Source: a virus
Taxonomy: Duplodnaviria > Caudoviricetes
Strand: one strand, 5' to 3'
IMG/VR virus record: IMGVR_UViG_3300031466_000001
Coordinates: 64,001 to 128,000 of that record
Length of the DNA stretch: 64,000 nucleotides
Within the stretch, counting starts at the first letter, position 1. Each line of letters starts with the position of its first letter. Position numbers and translations under genes: made by a program. This document shows, one piece after another, positions 19,751-28,532 of this stretch. Under the pieces are notes generated by a model. That model made no database searches. It worked only from the letters and a program-made list of their open reading frames with translations, and had not been told where the DNA came from.

Positions 19751-19811
19751 GCGAAATGCCTCCTTTTTCTGAACTTTATTATACGCAAAAAGTATTAATT
19801 ATACCACTGTC

Positions 19812-19850
19812 AAACAACCCCGCCCAGCCACACGGCCAGGCGGGGTTTCT
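19812..19850. terminator. GC-rich host/prophage-type terminator after the holin fragment
   Basis: AACCCCGCC...GGCGGGGTT stem immediately downstream of the holin stop on the minus strand. Confidence 0.7.
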
Positions 19851-19856
19851 TCCCGT

Positions 19857-19967
19857 TCACTTCCCGATGATGTTTTTCGTTCCACTCCAAAGCCCCATCG
19901 CGCTGAACGCCATGACAAAACCGGCCAGTACAGCGTATTTCGGATCGTCCGGCGCCACGTACACGAA
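19857..19967 (-). pseudogene. C-terminal fragment of a phage holin gene
   Basis: FVYVAPDDPKYAVLAGFVMAFSAMGLWSGTKNIIGK-stop; hydrophobic helix and G(L/F)xSGxKN end typical of small Bacillales holins. Confidence 0.65.
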
Positions 19968-19982
19968 CTCGGCGATCTGGTC

Positions 19983-20051
19983 AGTCGCGCGGATCAGGTT
20001 TCGATGCACCGCCTCCGCGAGCTTCACAGCGGCCGCCGGGCGGGTGGTGTA
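19983..20051 (-). pseudogene. internal fragment of an N-acetylmuramoyl-L-alanine amidase (Amidase_3) gene
   Basis: YTTRPAAAVKLAEAVHRNLIRAT, resembling the segment after the ETxxY strand of Amidase_3; 42/60 GC in 19981-20040. Confidence 0.6.
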
Positions 20052-20071
20052 TACTATTAGTCCAAATTAGT

Positions 20072-20112
20072 AAAAAATAAAGGGATGGTTAATATACCAT
20101 CCTTTATTTTTT
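20072..20112. terminator. bidirectional intrinsic terminator
   Basis: AAAAAATAAAGGGATGG...CCATCCTTTATTTTTT. Confidence 0.85.
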
Positions 20113-20563
20113 ATGTTAGCCGCATTTTATTCTTATACATAAATTCTTTTCTTACAAAATAACTATGTTCCTGAAGTTTATTTCGAATATCTTCAGGTAT
20201 AGCTTGGTTTTTACTGACCATTTCATAAACAGCAATGATAGTATCAAACATAACATTTGCCGCTTCAAATGCTTCCTTAGAAGTATAATTTCTATCTGCA
20301 TCGGCTATAAAATATTTAAATAACGAATCTTTTTCCAAAACATCTAATGCAAAACTATAGCTAACGGGATTTGTATTTAATTGAATACAAATTTCAGCAA
20401 CTTCATCTACAAATTCATTTAATTTTTTTGCATACTCGTCAAATACTGAATGTGTAGGATCAAAATCCGTTCCGGTCACTTTCCAATGAAGAACCTTCAT
20501 GTTGTGAGCGTACACGACAAGTACAGACAAAAGACGTTGAATTGGATTAAACATTTTTTTCAT
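20111..20563 (-). CDS. dps: Dps / ferritin-like DNA protection protein
   Basis: HWKVTGTDFDPTH..FDE...DEVAE matches the Dps ferroxidase signature. Confidence 0.85.
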   Translation of the reverse strand: MKKMFNPIQRLLSVLVVYAHNMKVLHWKVTGTDFDPTHSVFDEYAKKLNEFVDEVAEICIQLNTNPVSYSFALDVLEKDSLFKYFIADADRNYTSKEAFEAANVMFDTIIAVYEMVSKNQAIPEDIRNKLQEHSYFVRKEFMYKNKMRLT

Positions 20564-20574
20564 CCTCCATTTTA

Positions 20575-21300
20575 TTATGCAATTACAAATTGATCCACGT
20601 CAAGATGGAATACATCTTTCCATCTCTCGATGAGATCTTTTCTTTCGCTTTCAGCATTCGACCATTCATCAATCTTCAAACTAAAGTTACCGTATGCCGT
20701 TTGAATATCAGTATAATGCTTCATTGCATTATATAAAAATATCTTTACGTCAAGAAGGGCTAATTCATAGAAAGATTGCCAAGTCGAATTAGAAATAGAT
20801 GCGAAATTGTCTAGATGTTGTAATGCAAATTCAATCTTAAGTTCATCTGCAATGGTAGTTAAATTATATAAGTATAAGAGATTGGGATGTCTAAATTTGA
20901 ATGTGAAAGAAGGAGTCGAAATAGATTGAAGGTTTGCATATGCTTGAGTTAACATGAGATCATTATATGCGTAATAGTCTGCTGTTAATTCGGGACTAAA
21001 GTATCCATTTCCGAGCATTTTATTACGCGGAGTAATCTTTCTAATATAAAGAATTTTATTGTCGCCAAAAATATCAGGTAATTCATAGATAGATTCTTGA
21101 TAGTCGGTCTTTAGTGCTCTCATTTCCTTCAAATTCATATCCACTTCAAGTATATACGGAGAATAAGTGCTAAAAACAGGGAGAGTTTTTATTCTAAGAA
21201 CATTGATGATGGCTTCATCTTCTTTTTCAAACGGAATCACCAATCCGTAAATTCCTAAATCAATTTTTATAGACGTTAAAAGGTCACTTGTGTTGAGCAT
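20575..21300 (-). CDS. probable virion neck / head-completion protein
   Basis: late promoter 21327-21338, next to the head protease; size and C-terminal pattern reminiscent of myophage neck proteins; start ATG 21300. Confidence 0.45.
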   Translation of the reverse strand: MLNTSDLLTSIKIDLGIYGLVIPFEKEDEAIINVLRIKTLPVFSTYSPYILEVDMNLKEMRALKTDYQESIYELPDIFGDNKILYIRKITPRNKMLGNGYFSPELTADYYAYNDLMLTQAYANLQSISTPSFTFKFRHPNLLYLYNLTTIADELKIEFALQHLDNFASISNSTWQSFYELALLDVKIFLYNAMKHYTDIQTAYGNFSLKIDEWSNAESERKDLIERWKDVFHLDVDQFVIA

Positions 21301-21413
21301 TTTTATCACTCCTAAGCACAATATATTACTTATCTGTTACTAAAAACAGCTATTAAAGGAAAAGAGATATAAATAATACCTAGTTACCGTCTGGCAACTA
21401 GGTATTATTTTTT

Positions 21414-22253
21414 TTACAGTTTACTCATGAACGAACGAATATCTTGTTTGATACGATCTTCGATTTTAACTACGAAAGTACGGTTACCTTCACGGACGAT
21501 AACGTTCTTAAAATCCTTAGAGACTTCCATGGACTCCATTGCTACTTCATATACATTGGAGACAGCACGCAGGTTCTTGGATTCCATTTTAATGAAGTCT
21601 TTGATCTGAGACTCATTTACAGGTATGAGAGTACCTTCGGATACAATATTGGTGCCACTATTGAACGACTTAACGATTTTTTGAATTGGTTTACTTTTAT
21701 CACGATAAGCCTCAGGATGGCTAGGAAGAATAACCCAGTCGTAACATACGATATGGCAACGAGATTGCATTACCGCACTACCGTCTTGGAATTTGGTCAA
21801 CTGAGCAAGGGCTCTAAGACTAAACGCCGGTTCCATTCCCTGAAGAATCATCCGGGTAAATTTAGATCCGGGACCATTATCGTCAAATGTATCAATGTTA
21901 CCCATCAATACATTGTCGCCTTTATACCAGAATTTATTAATCCTATGAGAAACGTTGTTAGGGTCAATGGTGAGAATTCGTTTGACATCATCGCTCATAG
22001 GATGACCTGCTTCCCCACACCATGTGCGATTTTCGATAAGTTCGGAAATGTGAGGAGCCGACAAAGAGGCTTTCATAGGAGCGGATCGATATTCGCGGCG
22101 GTTTCTATTTTGACGGTCGAAAACTTGGAGAACAGTATCAAAATTAACGTAGAAAAGACCGTTTTTATCAACGACTTGTACGTTTTGAGGCTTAACAGGA
22201 TCAGATGCGGCCTCCATAATGAGGTACGCTACTACCTCACCTCTATTTACCAT
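21414..22253 (-). CDS. prohead (head maturation) protease
   Basis: NRNRREY, GEAGHP (catalytic His), AFSLRA (catalytic Ser), YDWVILPS; T4 gp21-like; late promoter 22287-22298. Confidence 0.88.
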   Translation of the reverse strand: MVNRGEVVAYLIMEAASDPVKPQNVQVVDKNGLFYVNFDTVLQVFDRQNRNRREYRSAPMKASLSAPHISELIENRTWCGEAGHPMSDDVKRILTIDPNNVSHRINKFWYKGDNVLMGNIDTFDDNGPGSKFTRMILQGMEPAFSLRALAQLTKFQDGSAVMQSRCHIVCYDWVILPSHPEAYRDKSKPIQKIVKSFNSGTNIVSEGTLIPVNESQIKDFIKMESKNLRAVSNVYEVAMESMEVSKDFKNVIVREGNRTFVVKIEDRIKQDIRSFMSKL

Positions 22254-22383
22254 ATTTATTCACTCCCGACTTTCTTGTATTTTTATTATTTAAATGTTGA
22301 TATTTGAGGACTATACCTGATCTTTATTTTTTGGAAAAATCAACAAATACTTAAAAATAACACGAAAGGAAGAGAATGAGTAT

Positions 22384-24630
22384 ATGGGAGATAAAATGTT
22401 CCAACCCGCCAATCATAGCGTTTCATCTGTCCCTACAGGAAATCGTGCGGTTTCCATTAAAGAAGCATTTGAGACATTGAAAAAAGATTATAGTCCTTTA
22501 AAGGTCATAGAATTTATGGATATTGTAAAATCCAAGAATCTTAATGAGGTTCTTGAAAATGCTAAGTTTATATTTTCCGAACCTACAGTCGGTCACAAGT
22601 TTATTTCAAATGTTATTAAAACCTGCGAAATCCCGACAGAAAAACTTGTTTATCTCCAAGAAAAAATGAACCACTTCTACAATAATGCATTAAAAGGCGG
22701 CTATAATAATAAAGAGCATCTTGAAAGTATAAAAGAATCGCTCAATTATTTAGACCAGATTTTGATCGATAAAGATACTGAAAAGTACATCGCAAACGAA
22801 ACCATTTATGAAATTTACAAACAGTATCTTCCCAGACAAACCCTGACAGGAAATTCTGTTTCTGACGAATTGGATATCATTGTGTTTAATATTGGTGAAT
22901 CTCCGTCGATCGTAATCCCCTATGCAAAAGGATTAGAAGAAATTAGATGTGCAGATGATTTCCTGCGCAATGATCCATCGGCAATTATTATTAAAAATAC
23001 ATCGGTTGTTCTTAATATCCCTAATAATTTAAAGGATGAATACAAAAACCATATTGAGAAACTCATCAATCTTCCTGTAAAAATTGCTGATATGTTCCAT
23101 GAGGCTGAAAATGAAAAATATTGCAATAATGCTACGATTGAAAGTGTTAAAGCTGTAATGAAAGTTCAGCTTCAGAGGATTGATATTGCTCTCGGACAAG
23201 GAGTAGGAGTTGTAGAATTCCTTAACCAATATGCTGAAAAATTGAAAGAAGCTATCGGAAAGCTTTGTGAGCTTTCTGAGAAGAAGCTTCAAGTAATGAA
23301 AGAGGGTTTCGATGGTCTGATAGCAAGTTTTGCTGCAGATGGTATTTATGAAGACCTCTTCCCGGATGAATTGGATGAATATGATAATTTGGATGAAGAA
23401 GATGAGGATATCGAAGAAGAAATCGAGGACTGTGAAGATGATGACGAGGAAGAAGAAAATAAAATTGACTTTAGATTGATGGAACAATCTTTTGCGATTC
23501 AGTTCGTTAAAGCTTTCTTCAATGACAATGAAGAGATAAATCTGGAAGCATTTAATAAAATGATCGATATTGCAAATCTTTACGAATTGGTACTGGAAGC
23601 AGCTGAAAAGAAGAAAAGTTTAATTCTACATTCCCTTAATTTACGGAGATATAATTTTACTCCGGGCCAATGGTTGATTTATCTTCTTCTTACTGATCCC
23701 ATTAATTTCTATATGACATATACTGCATTTGCGAAAGATAAAAAGGGAAGTTCTTTTTACAAAGAAGTCAATAAAGTATATTATGAATTTAAAAAAGAAT
23801 GTAAAAAGGCGAAAACAAAAGAAGAAATTGGAAAGAAAATTGCCGAATGTGATAAGCTGATTAGTAAGTTGGAATCTGGTAAGGAAAAAATTGCACAAAA
23901 AGTGGGACCTGATTCGATGGGTCGTATAAAAGAAGGATCAATTCCTTATAAATTTAGAATGGATGCAATTGATACTACCTTGATCAAACTTAAAAACCTT
24001 AGAATTGATCTTAAGAAAAAGCTGGAAACGGTTAAAGAGTCGTTTGAACCTGATATCAATATTTCGTTTGACGATATCGACGCAATGTATGACGATAAAA
24101 TCTTTGAAGCGGAAATTATCCGAAAAGCAGCGATTGCTGCCGATAAAGGAACAAGAAAAATTATCCATGGCATACGTCGTAAAAATTTAAATAGAAAACG
24201 TATAACAGCTATTGCGAAACGTGTTCCGCAACGCATTGATAGAATGACTGACACCGTTATTAACAGCCTTGTAAAACTTGATCGTGAAGAACGACGTAAG
24301 CGTATTATCGAAGGCGGTTATAAACTTAGACTTTTTAAACTTATTAGGAAAGCAGCCATGACGGGGGCTCTTGCTTTTATTCATCCTGCCATTGCAGCAG
24401 TAGGTCTTATCGCAAGTATTGCTCGTGATAGAAAATTAGATAAAAGGGTCCGTATGCGTATTGTGGATGAACTCGAAGCCGAATTAACCATTGTTAATGA
24501 AAAAATTGAAGATGCAAAAGCTGCCAATGAGCGTCAGAAAAAGTATCAGTTGATGAGACTTAAAAATAAACTTGAACGGGACATTGTTCGAATTCGTTAT
24601 AATATTAAGGATATGGAGGAAAATCTATGA
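22384..24630 (+). CDS. large virion structural / inner-head protein
   Basis: late promoter AACA-AATACT-TA 22342-22353; acidic tract, many xE-A/S/G motifs, C-terminal hydrophobic helix and coiled coil. Confidence 0.6.
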   Translation: MGDKMFQPANHSVSSVPTGNRAVSIKEAFETLKKDYSPLKVIEFMDIVKSKNLNEVLENAKFIFSEPTVGHKFISNVIKTCEIPTEKLVYLQEKMNHFYNNALKGGYNNKEHLESIKESLNYLDQILIDKDTEKYIANETIYEIYKQYLPRQTLTGNSVSDELDIIVFNIGESPSIVIPYAKGLEEIRCADDFLRNDPSAIIIKNTSVVLNIPNNLKDEYKNHIEKLINLPVKIADMFHEAENEKYCNNATIESVKAVMKVQLQRIDIALGQGVGVVEFLNQYAEKLKEAIGKLCELSEKKLQVMKEGFDGLIASFAADGIYEDLFPDELDEYDNLDEEDEDIEEEIEDCEDDDEEEENKIDFRLMEQSFAIQFVKAFFNDNEEINLEAFNKMIDIANLYELVLEAAEKKKSLILHSLNLRRYNFTPGQWLIYLLLTDPINFYMTYTAFAKDKKGSSFYKEVNKVYYEFKKECKKAKTKEEIGKKIAECDKLISKLESGKEKIAQKVGPDSMGRIKEGSIPYKFRMDAIDTTLIKLKNLRIDLKKKLETVKESFEPDINISFDDIDAMYDDKIFEAEIIRKAAIAADKGTRKIIHGIRRKNLNRKRITAIAKRVPQRIDRMTDTVINSLVKLDREERRKRIIEGGYKLRLFKLIRKAAMTGALAFIHPAIAAVGLIASIARDRKLDKRVRMRIVDELEAELTIVNEKIEDAKAANERQKKYQLMRLKNKLERDIVRIRYNIKDMEENL

Positions 24631-25400
24631 CTGATTTTATAGATATTCTTTTGGAAGCGAGAGGTGGAAGAACTAGACCTAGAAGAAGAGTAATCAAAGT
24701 TAACACCGATGAACAAAATGTGACTGATTACAGTGAAGAAGTAAATGAAGAAGAAATTGAAAATGAACAAGATGGACAAGAAGATCAAAACGAAGACAAT
24801 GAAGATATCGATCAAGATGAAGAACCTATCGACTATACAGAAGAAGAATCTGAGCTTAATCCCGAAGACAATCAAGAAGACGAAGATTCTGATAACGAAG
24901 AAACAACCGGTGATGAAGACGGTGAGACCGAATCGGGTGGTTCCGATGAAGATGGGTCAACTGACTACACTGAGGAGACATCTGATGGAGATAATGATGT
25001 AGGGGACGAAGTTGATAATTTTGGAGAAGACGAAACTGAAGCCGATGAAGGGGGTGGCTCCGGTGAAAATTCAGAAGAAAATAATGAAAACGATGATGAG
25101 AAGACGAATAAACGTCTTCTGTTAGCAGATTTTACAACTTTCTATAATTTGAATAGAAATGTTATACGAAAATTATCTTCGACAAATAAACCAGATGTTT
25201 TGATTAATAAAATCATTAACCAAGTGAAAATTAATTTGATCAAACTTGATGGTTTACTTTTTGATTACATTGTATACCAATTTCCAAAGGAGAGTTATGT
25301 TAATAATCTCTATAAATATAATAGTTTCATCGAAGCTTTTAGATTGAATGCTGAGATGCTTAAAAAAATAAGGGTTTTGACTGACAATGATAAAACATAA
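24627..25400 (+). CDS. highly acidic putative scaffold / head core protein
   Basis: D/E-rich low-complexity tract with three DY(T/S)EE repeats, directly upstream of the major capsid gene. Confidence 0.55.
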   Translation: MTDFIDILLEARGGRTRPRRRVIKVNTDEQNVTDYSEEVNEEEIENEQDGQEDQNEDNEDIDQDEEPIDYTEEESELNPEDNQEDEDSDNEETTGDEDGETESGGSDEDGSTDYTEETSDGDNDVGDEVDNFGEDETEADEGGGSGENSEENNENDDEKTNKRLLLADFTTFYNLNRNVIRKLSSTNKPDVLINKIINQVKINLIKLDGLLFDYIVYQFPKESYVNNLYKYNSFIEAFRLNAEMLKKIRVLTDNDKT

Positions 25401-25405
25401 TTATA
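25394..25405 (+). promoter_or_regulatory. late-type phage promoter AACA-N6-TA
   Basis: AACA-TAATTA-TA upstream of the major capsid gene. Confidence 0.7.
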
Positions 25406-25433
25406 AAAAAATAAAGGAAGGAAGTGTAAATCT

Positions 25434-27173
25434 ATGGCGTCCTTTGATTACCTGGACGACGAATTCCAAACCACTAACGTGGTTGGTAGTTTTGTAACAG
25501 ACCGTGAGCATGATTTCAAAGCATCCATCAAAGCTGTACTTGAGGGTTTCCGTAATGCTACGCAAACGGACCCGATTGAGGACATCGCAAAGATCCTCAA
25601 AATCGAATCTCTGACTGAGGACTACAAGAATCGTCTTATCGGTGACGTTCTCACGGAAAGTGCAATTAAAGACGATCCGTATCTGTCGCTGATGCCGGAG
25701 AAACTGGAACAGCTTTTCGAAAACACGAGGGTGGAAATCCTGCGCGAATCTTCGGTTGGTCAGCTGGCCCCGATCGTTGGTATCTCGCTGCCGGTTCTGA
25801 AGAAGAACTATCTGCAATGTCACTCGAAGGACATTGTGATGACGGAAGTTCCGGCTAAGCCGATCGTGAAGGTTTCTTTCGAACGCCGTTTCCTGAAGGA
25901 TAAGAACGGCAACAGGTACTACATCCCGGAAATCTTCTACGATGACAGCTACAAGAATGTGCTCGGTGAAATGCGCGGCAAACCGATCAGTAACAAATGG
26001 TATCCGGAAGTTGGCAGCCTGCCGTTCCAAGACCTCGACCTGCTGACGGAATCCGGCGGTTCGATGCAAATGCGTGACTCGCTGGGTCTGGACTTCGTTA
26101 TTGACGCTGTTCAAATCGAAGTTATGGGTCCGGCCGCTACGCCGACGCCGGTTCTGAAGACCATCGAAGGTCTGAACATTGTTCCGGATACGGGTGTCAA
26201 TGGTGGTGCCGGTATCGGTTCCTTCAGCTATCGTATCAACACGGAAGACGAGCAAGGCAACCCGGTAAGCGACGTTATTGTCGGTCAAATCAGCTTCTAT
26301 GACGGCAAAGTCTCGGTCGCTTCGACAGGTGGCAAGATCAAGAAAGTTCGTTTCGGCGGTCATCTGTCGAACCAAAACAACGTTAACACGGTTGACTTGG
26401 ACCGTGAACGTGAGAACCTGACGTGGCAAATTCCGGACGGCTATCGTCTGAACACGGGTCTGACCATTGAGAAGATCAAGGACTACAAGGCTCTGTTCAA
26501 CACGGATATCACGACGGAAATCATCGCCGATATTTCGACGGTTCTGACGCAACTGGAAGACTCGACGATCCTGGACTTCCTGGATTCGAGTCTGGCAAAA
26601 TGGAAAACCAAGAAGAATCTGCCGTTTGGTTACACGGATGGCTTCGTAGAATCCTACCGGTTCTCGGCTACTCCGCCGGCAAACATCTTCGTTACGGTTT
26701 CGCAATGGATCGGTTCTGAACTCAAGTACTTCCTGAACCGTGAAATTGACCAACTCAAAACGAAGCTGCGTACCGAAGACATCATGTTCGTGGTATATGG
26801 CCACCCGAACAACATCACGCTGATCCAAGATGATGTTCGTTGGGTCATCGACGAAGACACGAAGATTGGCGGTATTCAACTGGACTACAAGTTCGGTGTT
26901 ATGACCGCTAACAAGAACCGTGTCCATGTTGTCTCCACGCTTAAGGTGCCGAAGTCGAAGGGCATTCGGATCGTTGCGTATCCGCTGTCCAAAGAAGTCA
27001 TCACCTTCAAGCATTACAAGTACAGCCTGAACATCGAAAACGTCTACCGGAATCCGTTCACGCCGCTGACGCCGAACGTAATGGGTGTATCCCGTTACCT
27101 GACGACGGAAGTTCTGCCGGTTCAAGGCGAATTCATCATCTACAACGACGATTTCGGTCGTCAAGAGCTGTAA
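25434..27173 (+). CDS. major capsid protein precursor
   Basis: 579 aa, strongest codon bias in the window, late promoter, position between scaffold-like gene and terminase module, propeptide-like N-terminus. Confidence 0.8.
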   Translation: MASFDYLDDEFQTTNVVGSFVTDREHDFKASIKAVLEGFRNATQTDPIEDIAKILKIESLTEDYKNRLIGDVLTESAIKDDPYLSLMPEKLEQLFENTRVEILRESSVGQLAPIVGISLPVLKKNYLQCHSKDIVMTEVPAKPIVKVSFERRFLKDKNGNRYYIPEIFYDDSYKNVLGEMRGKPISNKWYPEVGSLPFQDLDLLTESGGSMQMRDSLGLDFVIDAVQIEVMGPAATPTPVLKTIEGLNIVPDTGVNGGAGIGSFSYRINTEDEQGNPVSDVIVGQISFYDGKVSVASTGGKIKKVRFGGHLSNQNNVNTVDLDRERENLTWQIPDGYRLNTGLTIEKIKDYKALFNTDITTEIIADISTVLTQLEDSTILDFLDSSLAKWKTKKNLPFGYTDGFVESYRFSATPPANIFVTVSQWIGSELKYFLNREIDQLKTKLRTEDIMFVVYGHPNNITLIQDDVRWVIDEDTKIGGIQLDYKFGVMTANKNRVHVVSTLKVPKSKGIRIVAYPLSKEVITFKHYKYSLNIENVYRNPFTPLTPNVMGVSRYLTTEVLPVQGEFIIYNDDFGRQEL

Positions 27174-27200
27174 TTTTCCTTTGTCCGATAATGAATAAAA

Positions 27201-27243
27201 ATAAAAGACGGCAACTCTTATATAAGGAGTTGTCGTCTTTTAT
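27201..27243 (+). terminator. intrinsic terminator after the capsid gene
   Basis: ATAAAAGACGGCAACTC/GAGTTGTCGTCTTTTAT stem. Confidence 0.75.
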
Positions 27244-27273
27244 AATTCTTTAATTAAGGAAGGGTGACAGATA

Positions 27274-28512
27274 ATGAGTAAGAGCCAAGATATGATCCTC
27301 CTTGAGGAATGTTTTTATGATATCAAAAGTAAGAATAATGTCAATGGTGCAATACTTAGAATCCAACGTGTGATTAAGCGGAATTTTGATATCAACTTCA
27401 CAATCAATATCGTCAATAATGATACTAGAGAATTTTTTGGTATGAGTATTTATCCTAATAAAAATCAAATAGAAAAGATCATTGATGCTATTGTCAATAA
27501 AAAGTCCAGTACAGATGTAGTTATTGATCTTTGGCAAAAGACCGACGAGTGGGTTCTTGAAATTGATTCTATTTTGCTCTATGATAAGAACCTTAATGCT
27601 AATCCTGCGGAAATTGTGGCAGTTCTTCTTCATGAGATTGGTCATGTTGTTTATTCCAACTCTATCCCTCAGAGGGTAAACCGCATTCTCCGCTATAAAA
27701 TGATGCACGCTAATCTTGCTTTGAAAAAGCTGATTAGCTGGCCCAAAGCACAAAAAATTATTCAACTTGTTTTTGTGGATGCTTGTAGCTCTAAGAACTT
27801 TCGTTATACAAATCTTAAAACTGAAAGAGTTGCCGACCAGTTCGTTGAGAAAATGGGTTATGGTGAGAACCTTAACAACTTCATTGATAAACTCGTTGCA
27901 ACCCAAGGAAATCGTCTTGTAAATCGAACTGAAGAACAGGTCGATCAAGACATTACTGCTACGGTAAATTGGACTTTTGTTAATATTGCAGAACTTGAAT
28001 TCCGTAGAAGTAATCTCAGAACTACTTTACAAACAGAACTCCTGAAAAATCCGAGTCGTTTTGTAAGGGATATCGTTTACGATATTCGCAGCACATTCTT
28101 TGGTAAGGGTGAGAGTGAAAATCCCTATACTGACGCGGTTAGAGAACAATATCTTACCAATGAATTTAACGTCATTGTAAAAGAGGGTCTGCTCAGTATC
28201 TTTGATAAAAATGGAAAAGTAAAGAAAATCACCCAAGCAGATATTGATATTCTCTCAGTTGAAGTTGGTCGTATTGAGAATGAAGACGACAAGATCTATG
28301 TATTGGATCTTATCTATGATAAACTTTCGGTCATTAATGCTGCACTTGATCTTATTAAAAATGGTCAAAAGGAAAAGGTTCCTGTATCTAAGGATACTCT
28401 CGAATCTTTCAAAGCCCAACTTGAACGAATGAGAATAATGGCCCTCGAAACTCCCATCAAACCCAAACAATACGGGGTCTTTATTAAGTACCCTAAGGGC
28501 TATGAGGGTTAA
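27274..28512 (+). CDS. virion-associated protein with HExxH zincin-like motif
   Basis: AVLLHEIGHVV and downstream ERVAD; located in the head cluster. Confidence 0.6.
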   Translation: MSKSQDMILLEECFYDIKSKNNVNGAILRIQRVIKRNFDINFTINIVNNDTREFFGMSIYPNKNQIEKIIDAIVNKKSSTDVVIDLWQKTDEWVLEIDSILLYDKNLNANPAEIVAVLLHEIGHVVYSNSIPQRVNRILRYKMMHANLALKKLISWPKAQKIIQLVFVDACSSKNFRYTNLKTERVADQFVEKMGYGENLNNFIDKLVATQGNRLVNRTEEQVDQDITATVNWTFVNIAELEFRRSNLRTTLQTELLKNPSRFVRDIVYDIRSTFFGKGESENPYTDAVREQYLTNEFNVIVKEGLLSIFDKNGKVKKITQADIDILSVEVGRIENEDDKIYVLDLIYDKLSVINAALDLIKNGQKEKVPVSKDTLESFKAQLERMRIMALETPIKPKQYGVFIKYPKGYEG

Positions 28513-28532
28513 GGTCGGGGAGTTGGTCTCTC

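Noticed and set aside
19328-20052. CRISPR array
   Set aside because: Foreign pieces are 70-390 bp and not separated by conserved repeats; no cas genes in the window.
19335-20070. Plus-strand ORFs 19335-19772 and 19756-20070
   Set aside because: No RBS. They are reverse-complement readings across unrelated fragments whose recognisable coding sense is on the minus strand.
24690-25100. GA-rich low-complexity DNA as a nucleotide repeat element
   Set aside because: Explained by the D/E-rich protein sequence.
25401-27164. 587-aa minus-strand ORF opposite the capsid gene (likewise 33862-35520, 35685-36503, 2794-3726, 3745-4722)
   Set aside because: Codon-aligned shadows caused by avoidance of TTA/CTA/TCA in highly expressed genes; no RBS or protein-like motifs.
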